A stretch of DNA of 64,000 nt from the NCBI GenBank assembly GCA_964016885.1, contig OZ024755.1:6820001-6884000 (forward strand), given 5' to 3'. The notes under the pieces are model-generated. The model saw nothing but the letters and a program-made list of their open reading frames with translations. It searched no databases and was not told where the DNA came from. The position numbers and the translations under genes were made by a program. The DNA comes from Eledone cirrhosa. Lineage: Eukaryota. Every line of letters begins with the position of its first letter. Within the stretch, counting starts at the first letter, position 1. This document shows, in pieces, positions 62,090 to 64,000 of the stretch.

Positions 62090-62880
62090 TAATGACTGTT
62101 GATTGTTCATTAGTTTTTCCACCCTTTGGTGGGTTTTGTTGTTCAACCTGTGGAATGTACAAGATCACTCTCCTCACCAAGTCAGATTGGTATGGTTGCC
62201 GATTTCCTGACCATGCAACAGGTTGTACTGCGTTACATGTTACAAGTAACGCTCAAGAGCGACGTAATATAAGGCTTCTCTGTTAACCCTGTCGAGAGCC
62301 CTAGTCAAGTCGATAAAAACTTGATACAAAGACATGAGCTGTTCGATGCAGTTTCTGCAGCTGTCTTGCCAAGATCATACTCATTGTTCTCTTTCCTTTT
62401 CCAAAACCAGGCTGGGTTTCTGGAAGAATCGGCGGAGATATATTTTCTGAAAAGCGATTCAGCATTTGCCTAGATACAACCTTTCCAACAGATTCCAATA
62501 TTGTGATCTGATCCCACGGAAATTGTTACAATTGGGTTTTTTTTTTTTTTTACCTTTATAGATGGTTGATTCCATCAACCAAGCCTTGTGGTATTGGTGC
62601 TCGTTCCCTATATTTCATGAGAAGTGCATGGATAGCCGATGCAATATACTTTGCCGTCCTGCTAGATTATGCTTTCCACAACTGTGATCGAGATATAAAC
62701 CTACGTTTCCGAACCTCTGAGCAGGTCTTTAAGAAGATTTAATAATAGATCTGAGGCATTCAATGTGTTTATTCGAGAACTTTTGTATACTGATGATGCG
62801 AACATTAATACACAGACAGACTCAAACATGTAGTACATGATGGATAAATATTGGTAAATATTCTGAAGCTTTTGCCCTTC
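62090..62880. mobile_element. Degenerate, rearranged RTE-clade reverse transcriptase remnant
   Basis: Minus strand GKVVSRQMLNR..ILPETQPGF..T..MI.ARQLQ (early RT motifs, 62301-62498). Plus strand FIRELLYTDDA at ~62767-62800 is the YADD equivalent. Confidence 0.7.
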
Positions 62881-63034
62881 ACAGGCTCACGGTAAGCTCA
62901 ACTACTGGGAGAACCTTATATATACATACCTACATACATACACTAAAATATACATATTTATCTATCTATGAGTTGTTATATATATAAACATATATCTACC
63001 CCCCCCCTCTCTCTCTCTCTCTTTGTATATACTA

Positions 63035-63071
<37 letters not shown>

Positions 63072-63433
63072 ATACTTTGGGAGGGTCATGTTGCCAATAA
63101 GAAACACACGCACCAGTTGCTTTCACTTCAATTTATTATATATTTATAAATTTACAAATTTATAAATCTATAAATTTCTGGTTGGTTGGTTGGTTCCACA
63201 ACCAGATAGTTGTTTATATATAGTCCCAAAGTATAACAATATCGGTTTCAACACACGATTTCAGATAAAGAATCTTGCTAAACAAATTCAGAAACGAAAT
63301 ATATATATATATATATATGTAACAGTTTTGCAAGAGATGTCATCAACATGAATGGACCTGTTATTTTTATCTAAAGACATTTTTTCCAATTCCATCCCGT
63401 CCGTCTCCTCAATCTATTTTATTTCTCATTCTT

Positions 63434-63469
63434 TCTTCTGATGAAGGACTAGTGTCCGAAATGTTAAGA
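63434..63469 (+). ncRNA. Minimal hammerhead family F
   Basis: tctt-CTGATGA-a-GGAC-tagt-GTCC-GAAA-tg-TT-aaga. A degenerate sister copy at 19356-19392 has the same downstream ccctcttcct flank. Confidence 0.65.
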
Positions 63470-63830
63470 CCCTCTTCCTGCTATATCAAGCGTTAACCTA
63501 ATATATCCCTTCCATATACTGTACCGATTGTGTTGTTATTTCTGTTTACCTTTTACATACATATATATACATATACACACACACACATACACACACACAC
63601 ACACATATATATATATAACAAAGAGGGTGTTGTAAAATACCAGGTGGACCATAACGAACCAATGTACCCAATACTTAGGATCTAGCTGTCGAAGCTCAGC
63701 CGTCGGGGTCCTGACTCTTTTCATATATATGCGACTGGCCGAGGTGAAAGCAGCTAGTTGGTCAGTCGTCCTCTCTGTCTCTCATTTTTGGGACCCATGG
63801 TTTTTTACATATTCCTTTGTTATATTTCGA

Positions 63831-63888
63831 ATACCTGATGATATCACAGGATTCATATGGAACCCGGTCATTGAAATGATCATAGTAT
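63831..63888 (+). ncRNA. Type I hammerhead family H
   Basis: atac-CTGATGA-(U.U-closed, interrupted stem II)-GAAA-tgatca-TA-gtat; palindromic ATGATCAT; followed by (TA)n. Confidence 0.65.
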
Positions 63889-63931
63889 AATAAACCTTTC
63901 AAGGATTTACACCAGTCCAGCCTCCTGTTAT

Positions 63932-64000
<69 letters not shown>

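Overview
Eukaryotic, extremely microsatellite-rich DNA. The SINE families and (TA)n/(CA)n density suggest an octopus or other coleoid cephalopod (inference). Nearly all long ORFs in the supplied track are simple-repeat artefacts. The one clear host gene is a minus-strand Pax gene of the Pox-neuro (Poxn) class with four coding exons (53632-53620, 41216-40996, 38684-38111, 28792-28401; 1200 nt, 399 aa). It has a complete paired domain and no homeodomain. A probable last exon of a plus-strand neighbour lies at 226-353. Retroelement remnants include a CRE-clade non-LTR element, R4/Dong, Tx1/L1 and RTE fragments, two tRNA-derived SINE families and a piggyBac-type MITE. The most striking unexplained signal is in the short unique islands inside (TA)n tracts. 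They form several sequence families of non-coding mini-elements carrying type I hammerhead ribozymes: 19 full-topology folds (some degenerate) plus 7 half-ribozyme elements. They often have an inverted-repeat architecture and share a 3' hairpin, resembling Penelope-like pLTRs. They include U3-A8 core variants and one intact copy in sense orientation in the last Poxn intron. All folds were assigned by eye and no activity is demonstrated.
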